A stretch of DNA of 60,483 nucleotides, filler included, from Candidatus Woesearchaeota archaeon (GTDB lineage: Archaea > Nanobdellota > Nanobdellia > Woesearchaeales > CAZJJJ01): the NCBI GenBank assembly GCA_046538795.1. It is 5 parts of 5 records of this genome, joined end to end, with 100 filler letters (N's around TTAATTAATTAA, not from the genome) between each part and the next. Parts side by side here need not be neighbours in the genome. Positions count along the whole stretch, not along the records: positions 1 to 23,037 come from JBKHIF010000016.1; positions 23,138 to 45,397 come from JBKHIF010000017.1; 3 more parts are not named here. One strand, 5' to 3'. Numbering within the stretch: position 1 is the stretch's first letter; every line of letters starts with the position of its first letter. The position numbers and the translations under genes were made by a program. Of this stretch, positions 18,551 to 26,946 are shown piece by piece. Below the pieces are notes generated by a model. The model did not search any database, was not told where the DNA came from, and worked only from the letters and a program-made list of their open reading frames with translations.

Positions 18551-19701
18551 TTTCCACCGAATAATATGCTTTTTTTGAACATGTTTCTTGTATCTATGAG
18601 AGGTTTATCTGTTTGGATGTTTTTGTAATCGTCATGATCTGTCATTAGAACAAGGGTATCTGCCCAGGTTATTGTCTTATTTATGTCTTTTTCCTTGGCT
18701 TTTACGTAAGGATCGTGTATTATTATTTCATACCCTCTTTTTTTAAGAATATCATATACACTTTTTGTCGGGCTTTCTCTTTCATCATCCACATTTTTTT
18801 TGTATGCTGCGCCGAGAAGAGCTATGTTTTTTCCTTTTGAGTTTTTCTGTATGAAATCTGCTGTCTCTTTTGGCATTGAATCATTTATCTCTCTTGCTGT
18901 CTTTATGAGAGGTGTATTTTCATTTACTAGGAACCATGGGTCTATTGCTATGCAGTGACCTCCGACACCAGGTCCTGGATTGTGTATGTTTACCCTTGGA
19001 TGGTTGTTTGCAAGATTTATCGCTTCCCAGACATTTATTCCGATATCTTTTGATAGCTTGAGGAACTCGTTTGCAAGAGCTATGTTTACATCTCTGAATG
19101 TGTTTTCCATGAGTTTTACTGCTTCTGCTGTGGTGCAGTCTGTTGTGTGTATATTTCCTTTTACAAATGAGCTGTAAAGAGATCTTGTCATTTCTTTGCT
19201 TTTTTCATCAATTCCTCCTACAACCCTGTCATTGTTTATCATCTCATGAAGAGTGTTTCCAGGTATTGCTTTTTCAGAAACATAGGCCAGGTTGAAATTT
19301 TTGTTTGATCTATCAAGTATGGGCTTGAGAAAATCTTTTGTAGTCCTGGGTTTTACAGTTGATTCAAGTATTATTAGATTGTTTTCTTTAATAACTTCTG
19401 TGAGTGCTTCTGCTGCTTTTTCTACATAGCTTAAGTCGCATTCCTTGTCTTTTGTTATGGGAGTTGGAACTGCGATTAGAAAAACATCTGCTTCTTTGAG
19501 TTCAGATGTTGCCGTGAAGTTTTCTTTTGCATCCTGATATAGTTTTTTCAGGCCTTTTTCTTCAAATGGAAGTGTGCTTTTGTTTAATGAATCGATCTTT
19601 TCTTTGTCTATGTCAAATCCAATGACTTCATGTTTTGCTCTTGCAAAGAGAAGAGCTGTTGGAAGTCCCATATATCCCATGCCTATTACGCAGATTTTCA
19701 T
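18547..19701 (-). CDS. wecC: UDP-N-acetylmannosamine dehydrogenase (nucleotide-sugar dehydrogenase)
   Basis: GMGYMGLP, IAVPTP, KLMENTFRDVNIALANE, GPGVGGHCIAIDPWF and YKKNVDDERESP motifs. Confidence 0.9.
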   Translation of the reverse strand: MKICVIGMGYMGLPTALLFARAKHEVIGFDIDKEKIDSLNKSTLPFEEKGLKKLYQDAKENFTATSELKEADVFLIAVPTPITKDKECDLSYVEKAAEALTEVIKENNLIILESTVKPRTTKDFLKPILDRSNKNFNLAYVSEKAIPGNTLHEMINNDRVVGGIDEKSKEMTRSLYSSFVKGNIHTTDCTTAEAVKLMENTFRDVNIALANEFLKLSKDIGINVWEAINLANNHPRVNIHNPGPGVGGHCIAIDPWFLVNENTPLIKTAREINDSMPKETADFIQKNSKGKNIALLGAAYKKNVDDERESPTKSVYDILKKRGYEIIIHDPYVKAKEKDINKTITWADTLVLMTDHDDYKNIQTDKPLIDTRNMFKKSILFGGK

Positions 19702-20768
19702 GTTTTCACCAGTATTTTTGTTATTTTTATCGAGGTTTTTCCTTTACCGAATGGATTTTCCCAGCATCTAGGAGCGTTTATCATGCTGTAGACAGATGAG
19801 ATTACTTTCTCAGGTTTTGTACCTGCTATTATGTTTGCTCCTGCAAGGACAGATTCTGGTCTTTCTGTGTTTTCTCTTAGTGTTATGCATGGCACGTTTA
19901 GTATGCATGCTTCTTCCTGAAGACCTCCTGAATCTGTAAGGATGAGTTTTGCATTTTTTTCAAGCATAAGAAAATCAAGGTATCCGACAGGAGAGAATGC
20001 AGTTACTTTTTCAGGAATCTTAAGATTGAATTCTTCTATCTTTTTTTTTGTCCTTGGGTGAAGAGAAAAGAGAACTTTTTCTTTTTCGCTTATCTTTTCA
20101 AGTATTGAAAGTATGTCTTTAAGCTTTTTTTTGTTGTCCACGTTTTCTGGTCTGTGCGCTGTTACGAGAATATATGAGTTTTTGTCCTGATTGAATCTTT
20201 TCAGGATGCCGCTTTTCTTTTCTGCTATCTTTGCATTTTCAAGAACAGCATCGACAATGGTGTTTCCGACAACAAATATCTTCTCTTCAGGAATATTTTC
20301 TTTTCTTAGGTTTTTGTTTGCAGCGACTGTAGGAGCAAAATAATAATCTATCATGTGATCTACAAGGACGCGGTTTATCTCTTCAGGCATGGTCTTGTCA
20401 TTGCTTCTTATGCCTGCTTCAACATGTCCTACTTTTATGTTCATCTTTTTTGCAGCTAAAGCACCTGCAAGTGTTGTGTTTGTATCTCCGTGAACAAGCA
20501 CTATGTCAGGTTTTTCTTTTAGATAGACTTCTTCTATTCTTTCAAGCATCTTGCCTGTCTGAAGGCCGTGGATGCCTGATCCGACTTCAAGGTTGTATTT
20601 TGCCTTTTTCAGGTTGAGGTCTTCAAATATGACTGCATCCATGTCTTTTGAATAGTGCTGGTTTGTGTGTATTATGAAATAGTTTACTTTGTTTTTTTCC
20701 AGCTGTTTTATGACTGGCGCCATCTTTATGATCTCAGGCCTTGTTCCGAGGACGACTGCAATTTTCAT
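19698..20768 (-). CDS. wecB: UDP-N-acetylglucosamine 2-epimerase (non-hydrolysing)
   Basis: GTRPEIIK, HGDTNT, HVEAGIRS, PEEINR, TDSGGLQEEA and TERPE motifs. Confidence 0.95.
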   Translation of the reverse strand: MKIAVVLGTRPEIIKMAPVIKQLEKNKVNYFIIHTNQHYSKDMDAVIFEDLNLKKAKYNLEVGSGIHGLQTGKMLERIEEVYLKEKPDIVLVHGDTNTTLAGALAAKKMNIKVGHVEAGIRSNDKTMPEEINRVLVDHMIDYYFAPTVAANKNLRKENIPEEKIFVVGNTIVDAVLENAKIAEKKSGILKRFNQDKNSYILVTAHRPENVDNKKKLKDILSILEKISEKEKVLFSLHPRTKKKIEEFNLKIPEKVTAFSPVGYLDFLMLEKNAKLILTDSGGLQEEACILNVPCITLRENTERPESVLAGANIIAGTKPEKVISSVYSMINAPRCWENPFGKGKTSIKITKILVKT

Positions 20769-21751
20769 GCTACCATCCCCACTATTTCTTTTCTTGATTT
20801 TAGGCCTTCTTCAAGCAGAGGGCTGTATTTTTTTGACCTGAGAGCGTCTTTTACATCTTCAAGTGTTGGATTTTTGTTATGTATCATCACATTTTTTTCT
20901 GTGAGATATTTGTCAACAATGAGCATGTGTCCTGAATACATTGATATGACCGGAGTTCCAAGAACAACTGCCTCTCTGTTCATTGTTCCTCCTGCTCCTA
21001 TCACAAGAGATGCATTTTTAACAAGTGTTGCGCCGTCAAGGGCTTTTTCAGGTATTATTATGTTTTCGTCGAAACGCTTTTTGTATGCTTTTTTCTGGAT
21101 TTGGTCTCTTGGGATTACGACGATATCATAGTCTATTCCTGATTTTTTTATATCATCTATCAGGTTCATGAGATGGTCATTGTTGTTCTCGTTGTAGTAT
21201 GCAGCGCTCCATGGTTCAGGCCTTACAAGTATGTATCTTTTTTTGAATGGGTTTTCTCTTGTTTCTGATTCTGCAAGATAGAGGCTTTCTTTAAGCGAGC
21301 TGTATTTGTTGATTGGTTTTCCGAACATCTTTTCTTTTGCCAGGTATTTTGGCGCAATAAGATGTGTTGCAAAGTTCATCCCTGCAAGATTCTGGAACTT
21401 GGCAGTCTCGTTATCAAATATGAACATTCTTTTAGGAATTTTCAGGAGAAAGCCTGCGATCATCCCATATGGGGATTGATGGGTTATTACTGCGTCTATT
21501 TTTTTGTTTTTGAGATGCTTTTTTAGGTCATTGGATCTTGTTATAAGTCCAAATGCCTTTTTTATCTTTGATTTTCCATTGTGCGAGCCTACTATAGTAT
21601 AATTTAGGTTGTAGTATTTCAGCATATCAACTGTCTGCGAATGATTTCTTGTCGTTATGATTATCTCATGTCCATTTTTTTCAAGGTCTTTTATTATGGG
21701 TCTGAAAAAAAGAACATGCGGAGTATTAGTTATATCAAACCAAATTTTCAT
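20765..21751 (-). CDS. DUF354 family GT-B-like protein
   Basis: MKIWFDITNTPHVLFF, RPEPWSAAY and GAGGTMNREAVVLGTP motifs. Confidence 0.85.
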   Translation of the reverse strand: MKIWFDITNTPHVLFFRPIIKDLEKNGHEIIITTRNHSQTVDMLKYYNLNYTIVGSHNGKSKIKKAFGLITRSNDLKKHLKNKKIDAVITHQSPYGMIAGFLLKIPKRMFIFDNETAKFQNLAGMNFATHLIAPKYLAKEKMFGKPINKYSSLKESLYLAESETRENPFKKRYILVRPEPWSAAYYNENNNDHLMNLIDDIKKSGIDYDIVVIPRDQIQKKAYKKRFDENIIIPEKALDGATLVKNASLVIGAGGTMNREAVVLGTPVISMYSGHMLIVDKYLTEKNVMIHNKNPTLEDVKDALRSKKYSPLLEEGLKSRKEIVGMVA

Positions 21752-21752
21752 C

Positions 21753-22787
21753 TTATATCACCACCTGGTATAATATTATCACTGCTATGCATATAACTGT
21801 CTGGGTGAGCCAAAGAAGCCTTACAACATCTTGCTCATAGACCTTTTTCTTGAATTTTTTCAGAATTCTTAGTGCAACGTGTTCGACTGCATAGATCTTG
21901 CTATACATAGGTTCAAGAGAATTGTCTTCTTTTACTCTTGAGAAGCTTTCTTTCTTGAATTTTCCTCTTGCTTTTAGTATGAGTTCTATGAAATATAATG
22001 AGAACATGATTCCTGCTGCAACTTCCAGATGAGCCAGAAGGGCTATTATCCCGAACAAGACTCCGACTGAGTATGTCATTGAATCTCCTGGGAAGACTTT
22101 TGCTGGATACTTGTTGTAGATAAGAAATACTATTAATGCAAATACCATGATAAGGCTCATTATGCCTACATATTTTGCATTTGTCATGAAACTTAAGATT
22201 GAAAGAGAGGATAGGAGTATTATTCCCATGCCAGTCTCAAGGCCGTTGTAGCCTCCTATCATATTGAATCCGTTTGATGTGCCTACTATAATCATAGGTA
22301 TTATTATGAGTGAATATGTTATGCCTATCTGTATGTTGTCTATGAAAGGTATGTAAAGGAACCTGTGGCTGAAGCTTATTGCCATAAGAGGGAGTGCTGC
22401 AAAGAACATAAGAAGCGGTTTTTGCCATTGCTTTAATCCTACTTTCCACCCTAAGATATCGTCAAGCATGCCTACAATTGTTCCTGTGAGAACTGATGTT
22501 GCTGCTGCGAATATGAGAACTATTCTTTCAAGGTTATAATTTAAGAAGGATAACAAGGAGATATATATTGTAAGTCCTGCCATGAAACCCATGACTACAG
22601 TTACACCGCCCATCTCAGGAATCTCTTTTTGGCTTGTCTTGTGGATGTCTTTTCCTGTTATGTTAAGAGAAGCAGCTCTTTTTATCCAAAAAGGGGTTAA
22701 TGAGTATGTTGCAATAGTTGTTATGAATACTGCAAGTATTACGAGATAATCTGTTTTTCCCGCAAGCAAGCTTATTATCTGTTCCAT
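21753..22787 (-). CDS. aglH: UDP-GlcNAc:dolichyl-phosphate GlcNAc-1-phosphate transferase (AglH/Alg7/MraY-like)
   Basis: GKDIHK...PEMGG, GMLDD, NMIGGYNGLE and YNKYPAKVFPGD motifs. Confidence 0.85.
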   Translation of the reverse strand: MEQIISLLAGKTDYLVILAVFITTIATYSLTPFWIKRAASLNITGKDIHKTSQKEIPEMGGVTVVMGFMAGLTIYISLLSFLNYNLERIVLIFAAATSVLTGTIVGMLDDILGWKVGLKQWQKPLLMFFAALPLMAISFSHRFLYIPFIDNIQIGITYSLIIIPMIIVGTSNGFNMIGGYNGLETGMGIILLSSLSILSFMTNAKYVGIMSLIMVFALIVFLIYNKYPAKVFPGDSMTYSVGVLFGIIALLAHLEVAAGIMFSLYFIELILKARGKFKKESFSRVKEDNSLEPMYSKIYAVEHVALRILKKFKKKVYEQDVVRLLWLTQTVICIAVIILYQVVI

Positions 22788-23037
22788 TTTTATAAATCCA
22801 CCCCAATGTCTTCATTTCCCGTCCAGAGTTATCACTATATTTTGGGTTTTTGAAGAACTAAGCATCTTGTTTTAAACAAGTGCAATTCTTTTTAAAAACA
22901 TTCTGTTTAAAGTTAAATTATTTCAGTCTTTTTTAAGAATTGTTCTCGAGAGTTTTTTCATTTTGAGAATTTATGCAGCTTATTTTTTATTTTTTGTATT
23001 GAAAATAATTATTTCTTGTAATTATAAAGGAATTAAT

Positions 23038-23137
23038 NNNNNNNNNNNNNNNNNNNNNNNNNNNNNNNNNNNNNNNNNNNNTTAATTAATTAANNNNNNN
23101 NNNNNNNNNNNNNNNNNNNNNNNNNNNNNNNNNNNNN
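23038..23137. other. Artificial contig linker (44N-TTAATTAATTAA-44N)
   Basis: Six-frame stop linker flanked by N runs. Confidence 0.98.
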
Positions 23138-23763
23138 ATATCTTCATTTTCATGATTATCGTGATTTTTATCAAATCCGTCAAACTTAGGAAGTTCAGAT
23201 TCAAACTTATCAATCACATCAGAATCATAATCCATTTCTGAAAATCCTTTAGAAGAAGGCGTTTCGCTCTTATCTAAAGAAGGCCGTTCATTTTCAGGAA
23301 GAGAGAACAAGGAGGTGTCAAACGCGCTGTTATTTTCATTCTCATCTTCCAAATAATCTTTTCCTTGATTCATGTGGCCATCATCATGAGATTTATCGTG
23401 CATATCTTCAGATTCAAATCCACCATCATCTTTTTTTTCAGGAGCTCTCATAGAAACTGCATTGAAAGGACCATCATTTGAGATAGATGCAGAACCTGAC
23501 TTATCATCTTTTTCTGTTTGATCAACATCAGGAAAGCCGGGCACATTTTCATCTGCATCAGGAGGCGGGTGCGGAACCCCCATCGCATCCTCATGAGAAA
23601 CCTCTTTTTCCCCGGAAACTTCCGAGTCTTTTTTGATGCCTGATGAAGCTGCTGCATCAGGCGTTGGAATTTCAGGAACACCTACAGATGAAGAAGAAGC
23701 ATCCTGTTTGCTAATGTCTTCATCAGAAGAGTCACCGTCTTTTTTTCTGAAGAATGGAAACAT
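23138..23763 (-). CDS. Acidic low-complexity protein, 3'-truncated by the contig end
   Basis: MFPFFRKK start after an AGGTGG SD; D/E/S/P-rich and likely disordered; runs into the linker. Confidence 0.7.
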
Positions 23764-23861
23764 ACCATAAACCACCTGACATAAAAATTAAGAAGAATAT
23801 TATATAAAACTTTATGACCACTCTAAAAGAGAATCAGATCAAATAAAAATATAACACCTCA

Positions 23862-25253
23862 TTACAAGAATCTGCCGCGACTGAATAAAAAATCCCTGAT
23901 TATCTCAAAAGCTCTTCTTGGAATCACTGAAAAATTATTGCGGGCCATCTCAGAAAGATATACTGGTCCATCAGGAGGTATCATGCCTGCGCCATACTGC
24001 ATCATGAGTCCGAAGTTCCATATTGTAAATATGATCAATATGCCCCAAAGCACGATTCTATAATCAAGCTTCCTGTGCCTCAAAATAAGCCTTATCTCTT
24101 CAAAAAGCGATGCAAGTCCAAGACAGAAAAGAATAGTGAATACAATAAATATCCTGTTTCCAAATGATTGCGCTCCATGCCACCTCTCATAAGAGCTTAC
24201 TGCAAAAACCTGAAGCAAAAATACGATGCTTAACCAAAAACCAAGGCTGAAATCATGCTTTTTCATGAAAAAATATAATCCAGCAAGCGAAAGCAGCAAT
24301 ATTGGTGTCCAGTATATCAATCCATGGTTTGGCGAAAAGAATATATTAGGAAGATTAGATATACCAAAACCCAAAGAAAGCTTGTCTTTATTATAGTGTT
24401 CCCAAAACCTAAAAAGATAGCCATGCGAATACCAAAAATAGATCATCTGCGGAAGATATCCTAAAAGTATTCCGAAAAGAAAGAATATGTTTCCGATAAA
24501 TGTTCTTGAAGGAAATTTCATGCGTCGTCTCTTTATGCCATCATAGTATTTTTTAAGTGATTCTGCCAAAGGTATCAGGAAGAAAAGTCCATTTTGGAAT
24601 CTTACGATAAATACAAGCCCTGCTACAATACCTAGTATGAGCCACTCAAGATACGTTCGTTTCTTGAGCGTCTTGTGCCACAGATATACGAAAATAGCTG
24701 CAAGAGACATGGAAAAACAGTGAGACATGACAGGTTCAAGATACATGTAATAGAACAGATTTGTAGAAAGCCAGATTGTAAGAACAGATATAAATGAGAC
24801 AAATTCTGAAAAATATTCCCTGAGAAGCTTGTAAATAATAATAAGTCCTAAAAAACCGAAAAGAACTGAAGCTAGTGAAACCATAAGAACATAATAATAA
24901 CTGTAACCATCCATCTCGCCGCCGGTAAGATATGTCATTGCATGCCCAACATACATGAAAGGAGTCCATAAGACACCTGTTCCTACAGGAAACATGGTAT
25001 AGTATTTTCCTGTGCTGTTATCATATTTTATGGAATCTACATTCTTTTCATCATCCTGATACAGGATAAATTCATTTTCCATATCAAGATCATGATCTAT
25101 TACAATAGTTCTTGGAAAAGTATAATAGCCCAGACGATCATTACCCTCTACCCAGGGTGTAAGGAATATAGGTGTGAATATTAAAAAAAGAAGTATCAGG
25201 GAGAGCATCCCTTTATCTGCTTTCCGAAACCAGCTTTTAAATCTGAACCTCAT
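23862..25253 (-). CDS. GT-C-fold membrane glycosyltransferase (lipid-linked donor; GT39/PMT-like)
   Basis: GNDRLGYY loop after TM1, FPVGTGVLWTPF, VRFQN, FSPNHGLIYWTP and WHGAQSFGNR motifs. Start reset to ATG 25253. Confidence 0.75.
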   Translation of the reverse strand: MRFRFKSWFRKADKGMLSLILLFLIFTPIFLTPWVEGNDRLGYYTFPRTIVIDHDLDMENEFILYQDDEKNVDSIKYDNSTGKYYTMFPVGTGVLWTPFMYVGHAMTYLTGGEMDGYSYYYVLMVSLASVLFGFLGLIIIYKLLREYFSEFVSFISVLTIWLSTNLFYYMYLEPVMSHCFSMSLAAIFVYLWHKTLKKRTYLEWLILGIVAGLVFIVRFQNGLFFLIPLAESLKKYYDGIKRRRMKFPSRTFIGNIFFLFGILLGYLPQMIYFWYSHGYLFRFWEHYNKDKLSLGFGISNLPNIFFSPNHGLIYWTPILLLSLAGLYFFMKKHDFSLGFWLSIVFLLQVFAVSSYERWHGAQSFGNRIFIVFTILFCLGLASLFEEIRLILRHRKLDYRIVLWGILIIFTIWNFGLMMQYGAGMIPPDGPVYLSEMARNNFSVIPRRAFEIIRDFLFSRGRFL

Positions 25254-25484
25254 ATCAAAACTTTGCAAAGGTAACTGCCTCTGCTTAAAAAAGTATTGGG
25301 AAAATACCTGAAAAAAACAGAATAAACAGAAAAAGATTGATTTTTTAAGAAATCTTTTTAAATAATATACAGACCCAGGTAAAACAGTGAAGCAAATATT
25401 GCCACTTAACAGAAACAACCTAACTAACATAACAGCAAAAATACAATCAAAAGCACTAAAAAACAAAATAGCAGGAAAAACAAG

Positions 25485-26369
25485 ATGCTTAACAAGATGC
25501 TTAAAGAGATAATATCACTTATGCGGATAAAGCAATGGTACAAGAATCTCCTTATATTCCTTCCATTGATTTTTTCAGGGAACCTTTTTAACACCAAGGC
25601 ATTGTCATATACTCTCATAGGTTTTTTTGCAATTTCATTGATTTCCTCGTCAAATTATATTATTAATGACATAAGAGATAGGCACAAGGATAGGAAACAT
25701 CCTGAGAAGAAGAAAAGACCTATAGCTTCAAGAAAGATTACTGTTCCGGCAGGGGTTTTCCTTGCGATCGTCCTCATAGGAACTGCGTTTTATATATCTA
25801 CGAGCATGCCTTATACATTCAGGCTTATCTTGCTAATATTTTTTATACTTACACAGCTCTATACCTTTTTCCTGAAAGACGAGGCTTTTGCAGATATCAC
25901 ACTCATCTCGACAAACTTTGTAATCAGAGCTGTTGCAGGAGCGTTTGTCTTAACAGAAGGAATGTCGCCTTATGTAGAAATATCGCCATGGCTTATACTC
26001 TGCCCTTTTTTCCTTGCAATGTTTCTTGCTATAGGTAAAAGAGAAGCAGATCTTCGCTTCCTTAAAGATAAGGCAATCAGCCACAAGCCGGTTTTCAAAA
26101 TATATACCCTTAAGATAACAAACACGCTGATGATAATATCAACTACACTTCTTATAATGTCATATGCATTATATAGTTTCTTAAGCCTTAGCTCAAATTT
26201 TCTTATCACCATACCTATAGCCCTGTATATGATTTTCAGATATTTTTACCTAGTAGAATCAGGAAACGAGGTCGCAAGGCACCCTGAGCTTGTGTATAAA
26301 GACCCAAAAATATTTATTTCAGGCATGCTATTAACTGGAATGATCATCATGCTTTTGTATATTGCATGA
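25485..26369 (+). CDS. UbiA-family polyprenyl-phosphate phosphoribosyltransferase (DPPR synthase, Rv3806c-like)
   Basis: RIKQWYKNLLIF, NYIINDIRD...DRKHPEKKKRPIAS, FVIRAVAG, SPWL and GKRE motifs. Confidence 0.88.
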   Translation: MLNKMLKEIISLMRIKQWYKNLLIFLPLIFSGNLFNTKALSYTLIGFFAISLISSSNYIINDIRDRHKDRKHPEKKKRPIASRKITVPAGVFLAIVLIGTAFYISTSMPYTFRLILLIFFILTQLYTFFLKDEAFADITLISTNFVIRAVAGAFVLTEGMSPYVEISPWLILCPFFLAMFLAIGKREADLRFLKDKAISHKPVFKIYTLKITNTLMIISTTLLIMSYALYSFLSLSSNFLITIPIALYMIFRYFYLVESGNEVARHPELVYKDPKIFISGMLLTGMIIMLLYIA

Positions 26370-26395
26370 TCTTAAAAAATAAGACGTGAAGCCTA

Positions 26396-26872
26396 ATGAA
26401 CGCAAAAAACAAAAATACAATTATGCGCATTCTTGATATATTTTTCAAGCAGATAACTCAGCTTGGAGGACTTGTATTTTTTGGCATAATAATCGCATTC
26501 TCATATCTCGCAGGAAGCTCGCAGCTTTCATTCACGCTTCTCATAAGCATAATCACAATGACTCTTGCCGGAGCTTTCATAAAGCTTATGTTTTTCAAAG
26601 AGCGCCCAAAAAAGATAGGTTATAAGAATATAATCGAAAAGATTGATGCAGGATCATTTCCCTCACTCCATACAATGAGAATCTTTTCTCTTGCTGTGAT
26701 ACTTGGAACACGATATGGATCAGGTAATCTGCTCCTCATTGTATTTCTTGCGCTTATTGCAGCAATAGTATCATACTCAAGAATATATCTTAAGAAACAT
26801 TATTTAAAAGATGTCTTCTGGGGAGCTTTGTTCTCTTTGATCATAAACATATCTTTAATATATTTTATCTGA
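26396..26872 (+). CDS. PAP2-family lipid phosphate phosphatase
   Basis: K...KERP, SFPSLH and SRIYLKKHYLKDV (C1/C2/C3 motifs). Confidence 0.9.
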   Translation: MNAKNKNTIMRILDIFFKQITQLGGLVFFGIIIAFSYLAGSSQLSFTLLISIITMTLAGAFIKLMFFKERPKKIGYKNIIEKIDAGSFPSLHTMRIFSLAVILGTRYGSGNLLLIVFLALIAAIVSYSRIYLKKHYLKDVFWGALFSLIINISLIYFI

Positions 26873-26946
26873 TATTTCATATAAAGCAACCGTTAAGGTT
26901 ACCAATAATTTTTTATACCCCTTTTATATTTCCGAAAACTGATAAT

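Noticed and set aside
25254..25466. Long N-terminal extensions in the ORF track (also 17409-17483, 32837-32899, 41557-41685)
   Set aside because: They span promoter DNA or overlap neighbouring genes; downstream ATGs fit homology and SD positions better.
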